64,000 nucleotides of DNA from a virus (IMGVR_UViG_3300037440_000399:10574-74573); one strand, 5' to 3'; shown: positions 16,944 to 25,454, numbered from the stretch's first letter. Notes: generated by a model from the letters alone, not told the origin. Made by a program: numbers and translations.

Positions 16944-17356
16944 AACAGCCCACCGCGCGACAGCTCGCCTACCTACGCATCATTGCGCAGGACGTCCGCG
17001 ATCGCGGTTACGGACCGTCGTTTCGCGAGCTCGGCGCGGCGCTCGGGGTCGGCTCGACCAACGGCGTCAGCGAAGTCGTCCATCGCCTGATCAAGCGCGG
17101 CTACCTCACGCGCGATCGTGGCTCGCGCACGTTGCGCGTCACGCCAGCGGGCTACGAGGCTGCTGGCGAATTGGCGCCGTGCAAGCTGCCCGTGACTGTG
17201 TTCCTGCCCGTCCGCTGCGTATGCGGCAACGACACGTTCGCGGACGACAAGCTATGCCCGGGCTGCCGCAGCGGGCGCGACGGTTTCGCGTTGACTCAGC
17301 GCGCGCCGCAGCAGGCTAGCGCGTGCTGGGGTGGCGCTGTCGAGGTGTGCTCGTGA
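16940..17356 (+). CDS. LexA-type winged-helix DNA-binding domain + C-terminal zinc ribbon
   Basis: TARQLAYLRII...GYGPSFRELGAALGVGSTNGV...LIKRGYL; CVC...CPGC. Confidence 0.82.
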   Translation: MKQPTARQLAYLRIIAQDVRDRGYGPSFRELGAALGVGSTNGVSEVVHRLIKRGYLTRDRGSRTLRVTPAGYEAAGELAPCKLPVTVFLPVRCVCGNDTFADDKLCPGCRSGRDGFALTQRAPQQASACWGGAVEVCS

Positions 17357-17402
17357 TCGCAATCGCACGAGGTGAGCCGGACGCGCGGGAAGGGGCGGGG
17401 CG

Positions 17403-17768
17403 GTGAGAGTCATCGTTTGCGGCTCGCGCACGTGGACGGATCGGGACGCGATTTGGGATCGCCTCGACAAGCTGCCGCGGCCGGTCGTGATTGTGCACGG
17501 TGATTCGCGCGGCGCCGATTCGATTGCTGACGATTGGGCGCTACGGAAGATCCATGACGAGCGCGCTGTCGGAGTGAGCGTGGAGGCCTTGCCTGCGAAC
17601 TGGCGCGGCAATGGCAAGGCCGCTGGACCGATCCGCAACAGCGAACTTGCGCGACGCGGCGCCGACCTCTGCCTCGCGTTTCGCATGCCGGGCAAGAGCA
17701 ACGGCACGGACGACATGATCAAGAAAGCACGAGCTGCCGGTATTCCGGTCGAGGTGATTTTGCCATGA
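17403..17768 (+). CDS. SLOG-superfamily DUF2493-like protein
   Basis: VIVCGSRTW...IVHGDSRGAD...W..GKAAGPIRN...GTDDM. Confidence 0.85.
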   Translation: MRVIVCGSRTWTDRDAIWDRLDKLPRPVVIVHGDSRGADSIADDWALRKIHDERAVGVSVEALPANWRGNGKAAGPIRNSELARRGADLCLAFRMPGKSNGTDDMIKKARAAGIPVEVILP

Positions 17769-17971
17769 GCTTGACCCAACAAATCGATTCGATGCTCGAG
17801 CAAGTCGACCGCGAACTCTCAACACCGCAGGGCCTCTGCTTGGTTTGCCTAGAGCCATCAACACGCGAGTTTTGTTGCCCGGCGCATCGCCTCATGCTTT
17901 GGCGTTCGCGGCACGGGCTGACCGGGAAAGTCTGGCGGGAGTTTGGCGAGCTGGAGGACGTCTCCGAATGA
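17765..17971 (+). CDS. Small zinc-finger protein
   Basis: CLVC...FCCPAH. Confidence 0.55.
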   Translation: MSLTQQIDSMLEQVDRELSTPQGLCLVCLEPSTREFCCPAHRLMLWRSRHGLTGKVWREFGELEDVSE

Positions 17972-18062
17972 TTCCGACCTGGATTGCCTGGTGCGCCTTC
18001 GCCATCGGGTTCGCTTTTGGCGGGCTCGTGGCGGCGGTCTGGATTGGGAGCGCAGGCTAGCT

Positions 18063-18374
18063 ATGGCGAAGTTTCGAAAGCGTCCTGTCGTGATCGAGGC
18101 CGTCCAACTGCGCTGGCGCAACTGGGGTGACGTTTGCTCTTTGCTCGGGGACATCATCTCTGCAGCGAACCCCGGACGCGAGGTGTGGGAAGCGAAAGAC
18201 GTCTCCGACACGTGCGGCGAGACGGGGCCGTTCATCGCTCTCACGATCCCAACCCTCGAAGGGGACCACACGGCGCTGCATGGCGACTGGATCATTCGCG
18301 GCGTGAAGGGCGAGTTCTACCCGTGCAAGCCGGACATCTTCGCGGCGACGTACGAACCCGTGGACGAACCATGA
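18063..18374 (+). CDS. Conserved phage protein (KFRKRPVVIEA...TLEG...GDWII...YPCKPDIF family)
   Basis: Highly characteristic motif set. Confidence 0.8.
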   Translation: MAKFRKRPVVIEAVQLRWRNWGDVCSLLGDIISAANPGREVWEAKDVSDTCGETGPFIALTIPTLEGDHTALHGDWIIRGVKGEFYPCKPDIFAATYEPVDEP

Positions 18375-18772
18375 CCGACGCTACCATCTGGACGCGCGAG
18401 GACGTGGCGGGACCGACGACACTGAGTGCAGCTGGCACGCTAATCAAACATCGCATTGGGAACGGTGCAGCTTTCGACTTTGATCACGAAGCGGCGCAGC
18501 GTAGGCCATCCTGGGTCTACTTCATCGGCGCAGGGTCGCAGGCGATCAAAATCGGCCGCGGGCGCGATGTCCCGAATCGCTTGGCGATGCTGCAGATCGG
18601 GAATCATCTCGAGCTGACGGTGTTGGCGAAGCTTTACGGCGCAGAGACCATGGAGCGCGCCTGTCATCGGCATTGCGATCGCTCTCGGATGCGTGGCGAG
18701 TGGTTCGAGCCGACGAGCAAAGTCCTCGGGCTCGTTGATTTTGTTCTGCTGCTCGCGGGGCGCTTGCCATGA
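18371..18772 (+). CDS. GIY-YIG / T5orf172 (MUG113)-like nuclease domain protein
   Basis: VYFIG...IKIGR...RLAMLQIGN...E...H....R.RGEWF. Confidence 0.8.
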   Translation: MTDATIWTREDVAGPTTLSAAGTLIKHRIGNGAAFDFDHEAAQRRPSWVYFIGAGSQAIKIGRGRDVPNRLAMLQIGNHLELTVLAKLYGAETMERACHRHCDRSRMRGEWFEPTSKVLGLVDFVLLLAGRLP

Positions 18773-19167
18773 CCCGCCCTCGCGATCGCTCCGTCCAGCG
18801 CCTACTCGTCACGTTCGGCGAGGCTGCCGACGCATGTGGCATTGGCGAGTCGCTTTTCCGCTCCGAAGTCCTGCCGCACGTCGCCACGGTTGACGTCGGC
18901 TCGAAAACGCTCGTACACGCGGAGTCCCTCCGGCAATGGGTCGACGAGCACGCGGCTTTAGCCTCCGCCCTCCGCGAACAGCAGGCGCGTGCTGGACGGT
19001 CGTATTCACGGTCAGCAAAGGCGTCCGCCCCGAGCTCAGCACGGGAGAGCGAGACGAGTCGAAGGCTCGGGGAAAAGCTCGCGAGATATACGAAGAAGCG
19101 CTCTACGGAAAACGCCCAAGTAATCCCGCTGTCCGCCTCACGAAGGAGCTCACGGGAGCATGGCTAG
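18769..19167 (+). CDS. xis: Excisionase-like HTH protein with a C-terminal extension overlapping int
   Basis: LLVTFGEAADACGIGESLF...LVHAESLRQWV; directly upstream of the integrase. Confidence 0.6.
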   Translation: MTRPRDRSVQRLLVTFGEAADACGIGESLFRSEVLPHVATVDVGSKTLVHAESLRQWVDEHAALASALREQQARAGRSYSRSAKASAPSSARESETSRRLGEKLARYTKKRSTENAQVIPLSASRRSSREHG

Positions 19168-19976
19168 ACGCCCTCGCTTTGCGCCCGCGCACGCGGCAGC
19201 TGTACGAGAAGTACTCGGTGTACTGGCTCGCGCATCTGGCGCTGCTCGAGGAGCACGCGATCGCGTTGTACTTTCGGCGCCGACTGAAAGAGGTTCGCGG
19301 CAAGTCGGCGCGATCAGAGCTCTCGGCGTTGCGTGGACTGCTGTCTTGGCTCGTCGAGACGCGCGAGCTCGAGCAGGTGCCGGCGCTGCCGAAGATCACA
19401 AGCGCGCAGCTCGGCACACCGTACAAGGACCGGCGGCGCGTTGCGGCTCCGGAGTACACACGCGCCGAGATTCGCCGGGTCATCGCCAAGCTACCCGACA
19501 AGAGCCCGTCCGGGTTCTGGGTGCGACCGCGCTGCGAATTCCTCTACCTCACGAGCCTGCGCCCCACGACCGTGGACGCGCTGTCCGTCCCGGAGCATTG
19601 GTCCCGCGGCTCGCGCTCACTGAACGTGACGGACGAGGTGGACAAGGAAGGTTTCGCTCGCGACCTGCCGCTGCCACGCAAGGCGCTGGCCATCCTGATG
19701 CGCTGCGCGCCTGCCAAGGGCCCGATCTTTGGCGAGCACCGCTACGACCCCTTCGTCCACGAAGCGGCCAGCAAGGCCCTGCCGGCGGCCAAGGCGCGGG
19801 TGTTTACGAGCCAGCATCTCCGCTCGGCTCGCGGGACCCATCTGCTCGACGCTGGAGCTTCTCTTCCTGGCGTCCAGTTCCTTATGGGCCACAAGAGCGT
19901 GGCCACGACGGCCCGGTACATTCGCCCCTCGAAACGGGCGGCCCAGGCGGCGCTGCGGAAGGTTCGCGGGGAATAG
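18936..19976 (+). CDS. int: Tyrosine integrase
   Basis: LTSLRP (R), HLRS (HxxR) and MGHKSVATTARY (H,Y); N-terminal arm-binding-like region. Confidence 0.92.
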   Translation: MGRRARGFSLRPPRTAGACWTVVFTVSKGVRPELSTGERDESKARGKAREIYEEALYGKRPSNPAVRLTKELTGAWLDALALRPRTRQLYEKYSVYWLAHLALLEEHAIALYFRRRLKEVRGKSARSELSALRGLLSWLVETRELEQVPALPKITSAQLGTPYKDRRRVAAPEYTRAEIRRVIAKLPDKSPSGFWVRPRCEFLYLTSLRPTTVDALSVPEHWSRGSRSLNVTDEVDKEGFARDLPLPRKALAILMRCAPAKGPIFGEHRYDPFVHEAASKALPAAKARVFTSQHLRSARGTHLLDAGASLPGVQFLMGHKSVATTARYIRPSKRAAQAALRKVRGE

Positions 19977-20020
19977 CGAGGGACGAAGTCTCGCGCGCGC
20001 GGTTTTCTTCGAGGTTTCTG

Positions 20021-20042
20021 GGCTCCAGCGGTAGGACTCGAA
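20021..20042 (-). other. attP core = 3' end of a tRNA (probably tRNA-Asn)
   Basis: Minus strand TTCGAGTCCTACCGCTGGAGCC = T-loop, T-stem 3' side, acceptor 3' strand and discriminator G; 45 bp after the int stop. Confidence 0.75.
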
Positions 20043-20146
20043 GGTACTACGGGGCGCCCCGGGGAGCGGAAAACGTCGAAGTTTTGGGGACTGCTACCCC
20101 GGAGCAACCCGCCCCCGCTGCCGCTGGCGTGGATTTCGAGGGACGC

Positions 20147-20179
20147 ACTAAGCGGCGGTTTACGAAAGCGCCGCTTAGT
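20147..20179. repeat. 11-bp perfect inverted repeat (hairpin) near attP
   Basis: actaagcggcg-gtttacgaaag-cgccgcttagt. Confidence 0.7.
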
Positions 20180-20478
20180 TCAAGCGAAACCGCTGCGTTG
20201 AATGACGGCGTGTTCCCGGATGGGAACGAAGATTCACCGGACAATTCGCAAGTCCACGGAGCGCACACGTCGCTTAGGCCTGGCGGTAGCTCGCCAGGAT
20301 CGCGCGTGCCGGCCGAGGGGGAAGCGACGGGGAAGCTAGGCGGCGATTCGGCCGCCAGTCATGCGACCCCGCCCCCTCGGGGTGATTCCGCCCGCACCCG
20401 CGTCTTCCGTTCGATGTCCTGGCGGTGGTTCCAGCGACGGGCGGCAGCGCAACCCGAGCCGACGACGGGGACGCGGTA

Positions 20479-20751
20479 ATGGCTTCCTGCCCCTACTGCG
20501 GCCGGTCGTGCTCGTGCGCGAGCAACCACGGCGGCTTTGCGTTGCCTGCAAACTACGCCCGCGACTGGGCCGAAGCGGAGCTCAAGGCGGAGCTGGCTCG
20601 ATTTCTCGCCACCTACGAGCTCCGTGCCGCAGACAAGGCGGCCGCTCAACGGGCAGAAGCTCTCGCACGCAAGCGGCCGCCGTCGCTGACCGAGCGCGTG
20701 GCACAACGCAACCGCGTTTGCTCGATGGCGGAAGCTTGGAGGGTCGCCTGA
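20479..20751 (+). CDS. Hypothetical protein with an N-terminal Cys cluster
   Basis: MASCPYCGRSCSC; TGATG coupling downstream. Confidence 0.5.
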   Translation: MASCPYCGRSCSCASNHGGFALPANYARDWAEAELKAELARFLATYELRAADKAAAQRAEALARKRPPSLTERVAQRNRVCSMAEAWRVA

Positions 20752-20852
20752 TGCACTGGCCCAGCTTCGCTGCCGGCGCCGCGACCTTTGCCCTCGCCGT
20801 GCTGGCCTTCGAGCTCGCGTGCTGGGCTGGCTCGCGATGGAGGAAGCTGTGA
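20751..20852 (+). CDS. Small single-TM protein
   Basis: 33 aa hydrophobic; coupled on both sides. Confidence 0.4.
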   Translation: MHWPSFAAGAATFALAVLAFELACWAGSRWRKL

Positions 20853-21196
20853 GCGACGCAGTTTTGGACGCGCTCGCGAAGGGCAAGGCGCGGCTCAAGC
20901 GCGGATGGTGCAAGGGTCACCTTGCGGAAGATGCACGCGGTCTACTGACGTTTTCGGAATCAGACGCGATTGCTTGGTGTGCAGTGGGCGCCATTCGTGA
21001 GGACATGTTGTCGATAGGTCAATACAACGACGTACGCAGATACATGGGCACAGTGGCTGAAGCGCTCGGCTACCACGGAGACCTACGTGTAGCCGCCTTC
21101 AACGACGACCCGGCCACCGAACTGCGCCACGTCCTCGGACTCTACGACTGGGCCGCCGAGCTACGCCGCCTCGACTTGGCAAAGGAGCGACCATGA
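20849..21196 (+). CDS. Conserved phage hypothetical protein
   Basis: GWCKG...WCAVGAI...FND motif set. Confidence 0.6.
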   Translation: MSDAVLDALAKGKARLKRGWCKGHLAEDARGLLTFSESDAIAWCAVGAIREDMLSIGQYNDVRRYMGTVAEALGYHGDLRVAAFNDDPATELRHVLGLYDWAAELRRLDLAKERP

Positions 21197-21381
21197 CCGC
21201 GCCTACCTGGCCTTGCCGCTACTGCGGCGGCAGCCATCTCGAGAGCACCACGGAATGCCCCGCGCTCGCTTTCGACGCTGCGCGGTTCATTGCTGCGTCG
21301 CGGACGCTGCTACCGACGCACGAGGACCGCGCGAGGCTGAAGCGGGCGCGGGTTGCGGTTGCGAGGGAGGCGAAGCCATGA
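21193..21381 (+). CDS. Small zinc-knuckle protein
   Basis: CRYCGGSH...C. Confidence 0.5.
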   Translation: MTAPTWPCRYCGGSHLESTTECPALAFDAARFIAASRTLLPTHEDRARLKRARVAVAREAKP

Positions 21382-21593
21382 CCGCCAAGCCGAAGCCATC
21401 GCTACCCAGCCCGTTCGCGTGCTCGTTTTGCGGCCGCTGCGAGCCGGAAGTCACGCTGATACAGGGACCGGCGGTCCAAATCTGCGACGGCTGCGTTTGC
21501 GACTGCGTGCGGATTCTCGTTGTCGATTTGCGGCGGCGGCGGGTCGCGAGGCCGGCGGGGAAGACGCGGCGGGCGGGGAAGGCTCGCAAATGA
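21378..21593 (+). CDS. Stand-alone ClpX C4-type zinc-binding domain protein
   Basis: CSFCGRCEPEVTLIQGPAVQICDGCVCDC matches the ClpX N-domain pattern. Confidence 0.8.
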   Translation: MTAKPKPSLPSPFACSFCGRCEPEVTLIQGPAVQICDGCVCDCVRILVVDLRRRRVARPAGKTRRAGKARK

Positions 21594-21766
21594 AGCGCTC
21601 GCCCTTCTCCCCCGCGTACCAGCGCGTCCGCAATGGCCAGTGGTGCGCGGCGTTTCTCGCGGGCACGAGCATCCAGCAGATTGCGTGCTGGGCGGTAGTC
21701 AGCAAGGGCGAAGTGGAGGCCGCCATTCGCCGCGGGCTTAAGCGGCGGGCGAGGGGGCGAGGATGA
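21590..21766 (+). CDS. Small HTH-like protein
   Basis: GTSIQQIACWAVVSKGEVEAAIRR. Confidence 0.45.
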   Translation: MKRSPFSPAYQRVRNGQWCAAFLAGTSIQQIACWAVVSKGEVEAAIRRGLKRRARGRG

Positions 21767-23463
21767 GCATCGAGGATGTCTTATCAGGCGCGGCGCGCTG
21801 GCACGTGGAGTGCGGCGATTGCCTCGATGTGCTGCGCGCGATGCCGGACGCGTCGGTGGACGCCGTCGTGACCGATCCGCCCTACGGCCTGCACTTCATG
21901 GGCAAAGCGTGGGATCGCTTCACGATTGATCGACAGACCGCAACGAAAAGGCGCCGATCGAAGAGTCCGCCCGTGGGCAGCGGCGACATGCACTCGGCTG
22001 CGCAGACGGCGGGCGAGTACGACTTTCGACGCAACCCGGAGTTTTGCGAGTTCATGCGGCTTGTCGGCGCCGAGCTCCTACGCGTCGCGAAGCCCGGCGC
22101 TCATCTCGTGATGTTCGGTGGGCAGCGTACGCATCATTGGGCATGGGCCGGCGTCGAGCTCGCCGGCTGGGAAATCCGCGACACGCTCTCATGGATATTC
22201 GGTAGCGGATTTCCCAAAAGTCTCAACATCAGCAAAGCCATCGACTCCGCCGACGGCCTGACCGACCAGCGCGAGATCGTCCACAGCTACACCGCTGGCG
22301 GCAACGCAGGAACGCCGACGCGTGAGAAAGGCGGGACATACGTCACCGGTGCGCCGAACAGTGCGCCCGTCGAGCTCCACGTAACGCGCGGCGCGTCGGA
22401 TCGGTCGCAGGCATGGGACGGATGGGGCTCTGCTCTGAAACCCGCACATGAGCCGATCTGCCTCGCGCGAAAGCCTCTCGGTCAGACCGTCGCTGCCAAC
22501 GTCCTCCAGCACGGCACGGGCGGCCTAAACATCGACGCATGCCGCGTCGCGACCGATTGGAACGAGCCCGACAGGCCCGAGAGCTGGAAACGCAGCGGGC
22601 ACACGGCGAACGCTGATGCGGAGAAAATCGCCGCGCCGCCGGGCAACGGAATCGAGTGCCACCCGGGCGGACGCTGGCCGGCGAATGTGATCTTGGGACA
22701 CAGCGAATCGTGTCGGGTGGTCGGCGAGGGCCGCGTCCTGGGATCCAATTTCCAAGGCCATCCCGAGGGTCACAAGAACCAGGTCTATGGGAAGGATCTC
22801 CGCCCACGCGCGCCATCTGGCTACGCCGACGCCGACGGCCTCGAAACCGTCCCCGTCTACGACTGCGCCCACGACTGCCCGGTGCGGTTGCTCTCGGAGC
22901 AAAGCGGGGAGCTAACGAGCGGCGGACGCTCTGGTGTCGTCGATACGATCGGATATGGCGGCCGAGGACAGCCGTTCGCCGCGCAAACCATCGAGCCAAG
23001 TTCCGGCACCGCCGCGCGCTTTTTCAATCAGTTCGAGCTCGACGAGAAGCTCGACGCACCGTTCTTTTATTGCGCGAAGGCGGCGACCGCGGAGCGCGAG
23101 GACGGCCTTGCTCGCCTGCCGACGCGTACGGCTGGCGAGCTCACGTCACGCAAGAACGGCACCGATGGACTGAAGTCGCCGCGCGCGGGCGCAGGTCGCA
23201 CAAGCAGCGGGCGACGCAATTCGCACCCCACGGTCAAGCCCGTAGCTTTGATGCGCTGGCTTGTACGTCTCGTTACACCACCCGGCGGCGTCGTGCTCGA
23301 TCCGTTCGCGGGTAGTTTCACGACGGGCGTCGCGTGTTGGCTCGAAGACTTCCGCGTCATCGGCATCGAACGCGAAGCGGAGTACGTGGACATCGGGCGT
23401 GCTCGCGTCGCGCATGCGCAGCGCCTCGGTCGACAACAGGCGCTTTTCGAGGCTGCCCAATGA
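21763..23463 (+). CDS. N4/N6 DNA methyltransferase (beta-type motif order) with a large insert
   Basis: GDCLDVL, VTDPPY, HPTVKP and VLDPFAGSFTT. Confidence 0.92.
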   Translation: MSIEDVLSGAARWHVECGDCLDVLRAMPDASVDAVVTDPPYGLHFMGKAWDRFTIDRQTATKRRRSKSPPVGSGDMHSAAQTAGEYDFRRNPEFCEFMRLVGAELLRVAKPGAHLVMFGGQRTHHWAWAGVELAGWEIRDTLSWIFGSGFPKSLNISKAIDSADGLTDQREIVHSYTAGGNAGTPTREKGGTYVTGAPNSAPVELHVTRGASDRSQAWDGWGSALKPAHEPICLARKPLGQTVAANVLQHGTGGLNIDACRVATDWNEPDRPESWKRSGHTANADAEKIAAPPGNGIECHPGGRWPANVILGHSESCRVVGEGRVLGSNFQGHPEGHKNQVYGKDLRPRAPSGYADADGLETVPVYDCAHDCPVRLLSEQSGELTSGGRSGVVDTIGYGGRGQPFAAQTIEPSSGTAARFFNQFELDEKLDAPFFYCAKAATAEREDGLARLPTRTAGELTSRKNGTDGLKSPRAGAGRTSSGRRNSHPTVKPVALMRWLVRLVTPPGGVVLDPFAGSFTTGVACWLEDFRVIGIEREAEYVDIGRARVAHAQRLGRQQALFEAAQ

Positions 23464-24026
23464 CTGACACCATCGCCCCCAACCCGCCGAACGCGGCGAC
23501 AACTCACGCGCGCCCTCCTCTGCGTTTCAGCGTCGATGATGCCGACCGCGCCGGAGAGGAGTGGCGGTTCAGTTGCGGCCCAGCGTCCATCTGTGCCGTG
23601 CTCGGGCTCACGCCCGACGAGGTCCGTCCGCACATGCAGGACTTTGAGCAGAAGGGGTACACGAATCCCACTTTGATGTGGGCCGCGCTGCGCAGTCTCG
23701 GTGCGAAGTGGCGAGTAACCGCGTCGGGAAAGAGCGAGCCGTTTTACCCGACGCCGGATCCGTGGCCGCGCTACGGACTCGCGCGTGTGCAGTGGGCGGG
23801 ACCGTGGACGCAGCCTGGCGTACCGATGGCGGCGCGTTATCGACACACGCATTGGGTCGCGGCTGACGACAACATGGTTTTCGACGTCAACGCCACATGC
23901 GTTGGCGGTTGGATTTCACGCGAGGAGTGGGCGGCGCAACTCGTGCCGTGGCTACTGCGCGAGTGTGAGCCGAAGGCAGACGGGCGATGGTGGCTCACGC
24001 ACGCCGTGGAGGTCTCTCGTGGATAG
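23460..24026 (+). CDS. Papain-like (C39-like) cysteine peptidase domain protein
   Basis: SCGPASICAVLG...THWVAAD...VFDVN gives a Cys-His-Asp/Asn spacing. Confidence 0.55.
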   Translation: MTDTIAPNPPNAATTHARPPLRFSVDDADRAGEEWRFSCGPASICAVLGLTPDEVRPHMQDFEQKGYTNPTLMWAALRSLGAKWRVTASGKSEPFYPTPDPWPRYGLARVQWAGPWTQPGVPMAARYRHTHWVAADDNMVFDVNATCVGGWISREEWAAQLVPWLLRECEPKADGRWWLTHAVEVSRG

Positions 24027-24234
24027 TATTGTCGCCTCTCACCCGCCCCGCGACGGCCGCGACTCGATCGACTGGGCGCCGCTGCTGCACGGAGCCATCG
24101 CGCGGGTGGCAAAGAGTCGCGGCGTAACGCCCGAGGACATCGCGCTCTGTATTTGCTTGGGCATCGACGCCTTACCTGACAGGGCCGAGGACATTCGTTT
24201 TTACGCCGACCAGTGGCGCAAGGGAAACCGATGA
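24019..24234 (+). CDS. Hypothetical protein
   Basis: Coupled ORF. Confidence 0.45.
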   Translation: MDSIVASHPPRDGRDSIDWAPLLHGAIARVAKSRGVTPEDIALCICLGIDALPDRAEDIRFYADQWRKGNR

Positions 24235-24497
24235 GACCCAAGTCAGCCGGCGCATCGCCGTTCACTCGCAGCTGGAAGACGACGCAACACGAGAAGGATC
24301 CGGAGAAGGATCCGACGCAGCGCTACGTGGTGGAAGAGTTCACGGGGCCGATGTCGTGGAAGAAACACGGCACGACCGCGACGCTCGTTCAAGCCAAACG
24401 GATGGCGGAACGCATCGGTGGCATCGTCCGGGCGCGCGCGGCGCGCAGCAACGAGGTCGTGTGCACGTGGCAGGAGGGCCGGCGGTCCAATGGCTAG
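24231..24497 (+). CDS. Hypothetical protein
   Basis: Coupled ORF. Confidence 0.5.
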   Translation: MRPKSAGASPFTRSWKTTQHEKDPEKDPTQRYVVEEFTGPMSWKKHGTTATLVQAKRMAERIGGIVRARAARSNEVVCTWQEGRRSNG

Positions 24498-25104
24498 AGC
24501 AATCCCCCTCAGCTCACCGACCGGACTCGTATACGCCTACGCATGTGGCGTCTGTCACAACGTGCGCTGCTCGGAGACGCTAGGCGAACGCGACGCGCCG
24601 GAACCTGACATCGCCGAGAGCAGCCGTATCAACGCGGAGGGGTGCTGCCGGTGCCAGCGTTGCAAAACGGAATACCGCGGGGCGCTGTTTGCGCGCGTTT
24701 GCCCGTCCTGCAGGCCGGCGCAGGACGCGGAAGATGAGGAGCGACGCGAGCGGTGGCGGATCGAAGCGGATGCGCGCGAGGAGCACCGTAATCAGTCCTT
24801 AGCCTCGGCGCTCGACTCGAATGCGGCCTGCTGTTTGCAAATCGTGATGAGCGACATCAGTGAGCGTTATTCCTGCGCGGGCTGGCTCGACACTCTCGAG
24901 TACGACCTGTGGGCAATGCTCCAGGGCACCAATCGAAGCTTTAGCATGGGCGAAGTGAGCGACACGGAAATAGAAACGCTGCGACGCTTGCACGAGGCGT
25001 GTGGCGGCTGGTGGTTTTGGCACCGTGGGTACGGTGCGACGTTCATTCCGACTGCGGCGTGGTTGGATATGTATGGGGCCAAGCAAGCGGAGCATGAGGG
25101 ATGA
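24490..25104 (+). CDS. Zinc-finger hypothetical protein
   Basis: CGVC, CCRCQRC and CPSC. Confidence 0.6.
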   Translation: MARAIPLSSPTGLVYAYACGVCHNVRCSETLGERDAPEPDIAESSRINAEGCCRCQRCKTEYRGALFARVCPSCRPAQDAEDEERRERWRIEADAREEHRNQSLASALDSNAACCLQIVMSDISERYSCAGWLDTLEYDLWAMLQGTNRSFSMGEVSDTEIETLRRLHEACGGWWFWHRGYGATFIPTAAWLDMYGAKQAEHEG

Positions 25105-25454
25105 GTAGCGCGCCTATCCGCTGGGTCCTGCCCATCGCTCTTTGCCCGTTGCAAAACCCGCTGCTCCGGATGCATTGGACCAAGCGCAAGAAGCTTGAGG
25201 GGCTCATCGCAACGCACCTGCTGTGGGGCAGACACCGCGTGCAGTGTCCGCCGCCCGGACGCCCAACGGTGACGATCACGCGCCGGAGTCAGGCGCCTTG
25301 CGATCCCGATTCGGGCCACGGGGCGAAGCTCGTGCTCGACGCCATGAAGCGCCTCGGTTTCATCCGCGACGACTCGGACGCGGCGATCGAGCTTGTGTGC
25401 AAGTGGGAACGCAAGCGCGGCAAGGGCGAGGTTGTTGTGGAGTTGATGACATGA
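25101..25454 (+). CDS. rusA: RusA-like Holliday junction resolvase
   Basis: CDPDSGHGAKLVLDAMKRLGFIRDDS. Confidence 0.7.
   Translation: MSSAPIRWVLPIALCPLQNPLLRMHWTKRKKLEGLIATHLLWGRHRVQCPPPGRPTVTITRRSQAPCDPDSGHGAKLVLDAMKRLGFIRDDSDAAIELVCKWERKRGKGEVVVELMT

Noticed and set aside
20021-20042. Possible tRNA gene
   Set aside because: Only the T-loop to discriminator is present, with no D or anticodon arm upstream, so it is interpreted as an att core
19160-20479. 439-aa ORF overlapping int and attP
   Set aside because: Alternative-frame, low-complexity translation with no motif; crosses the att site
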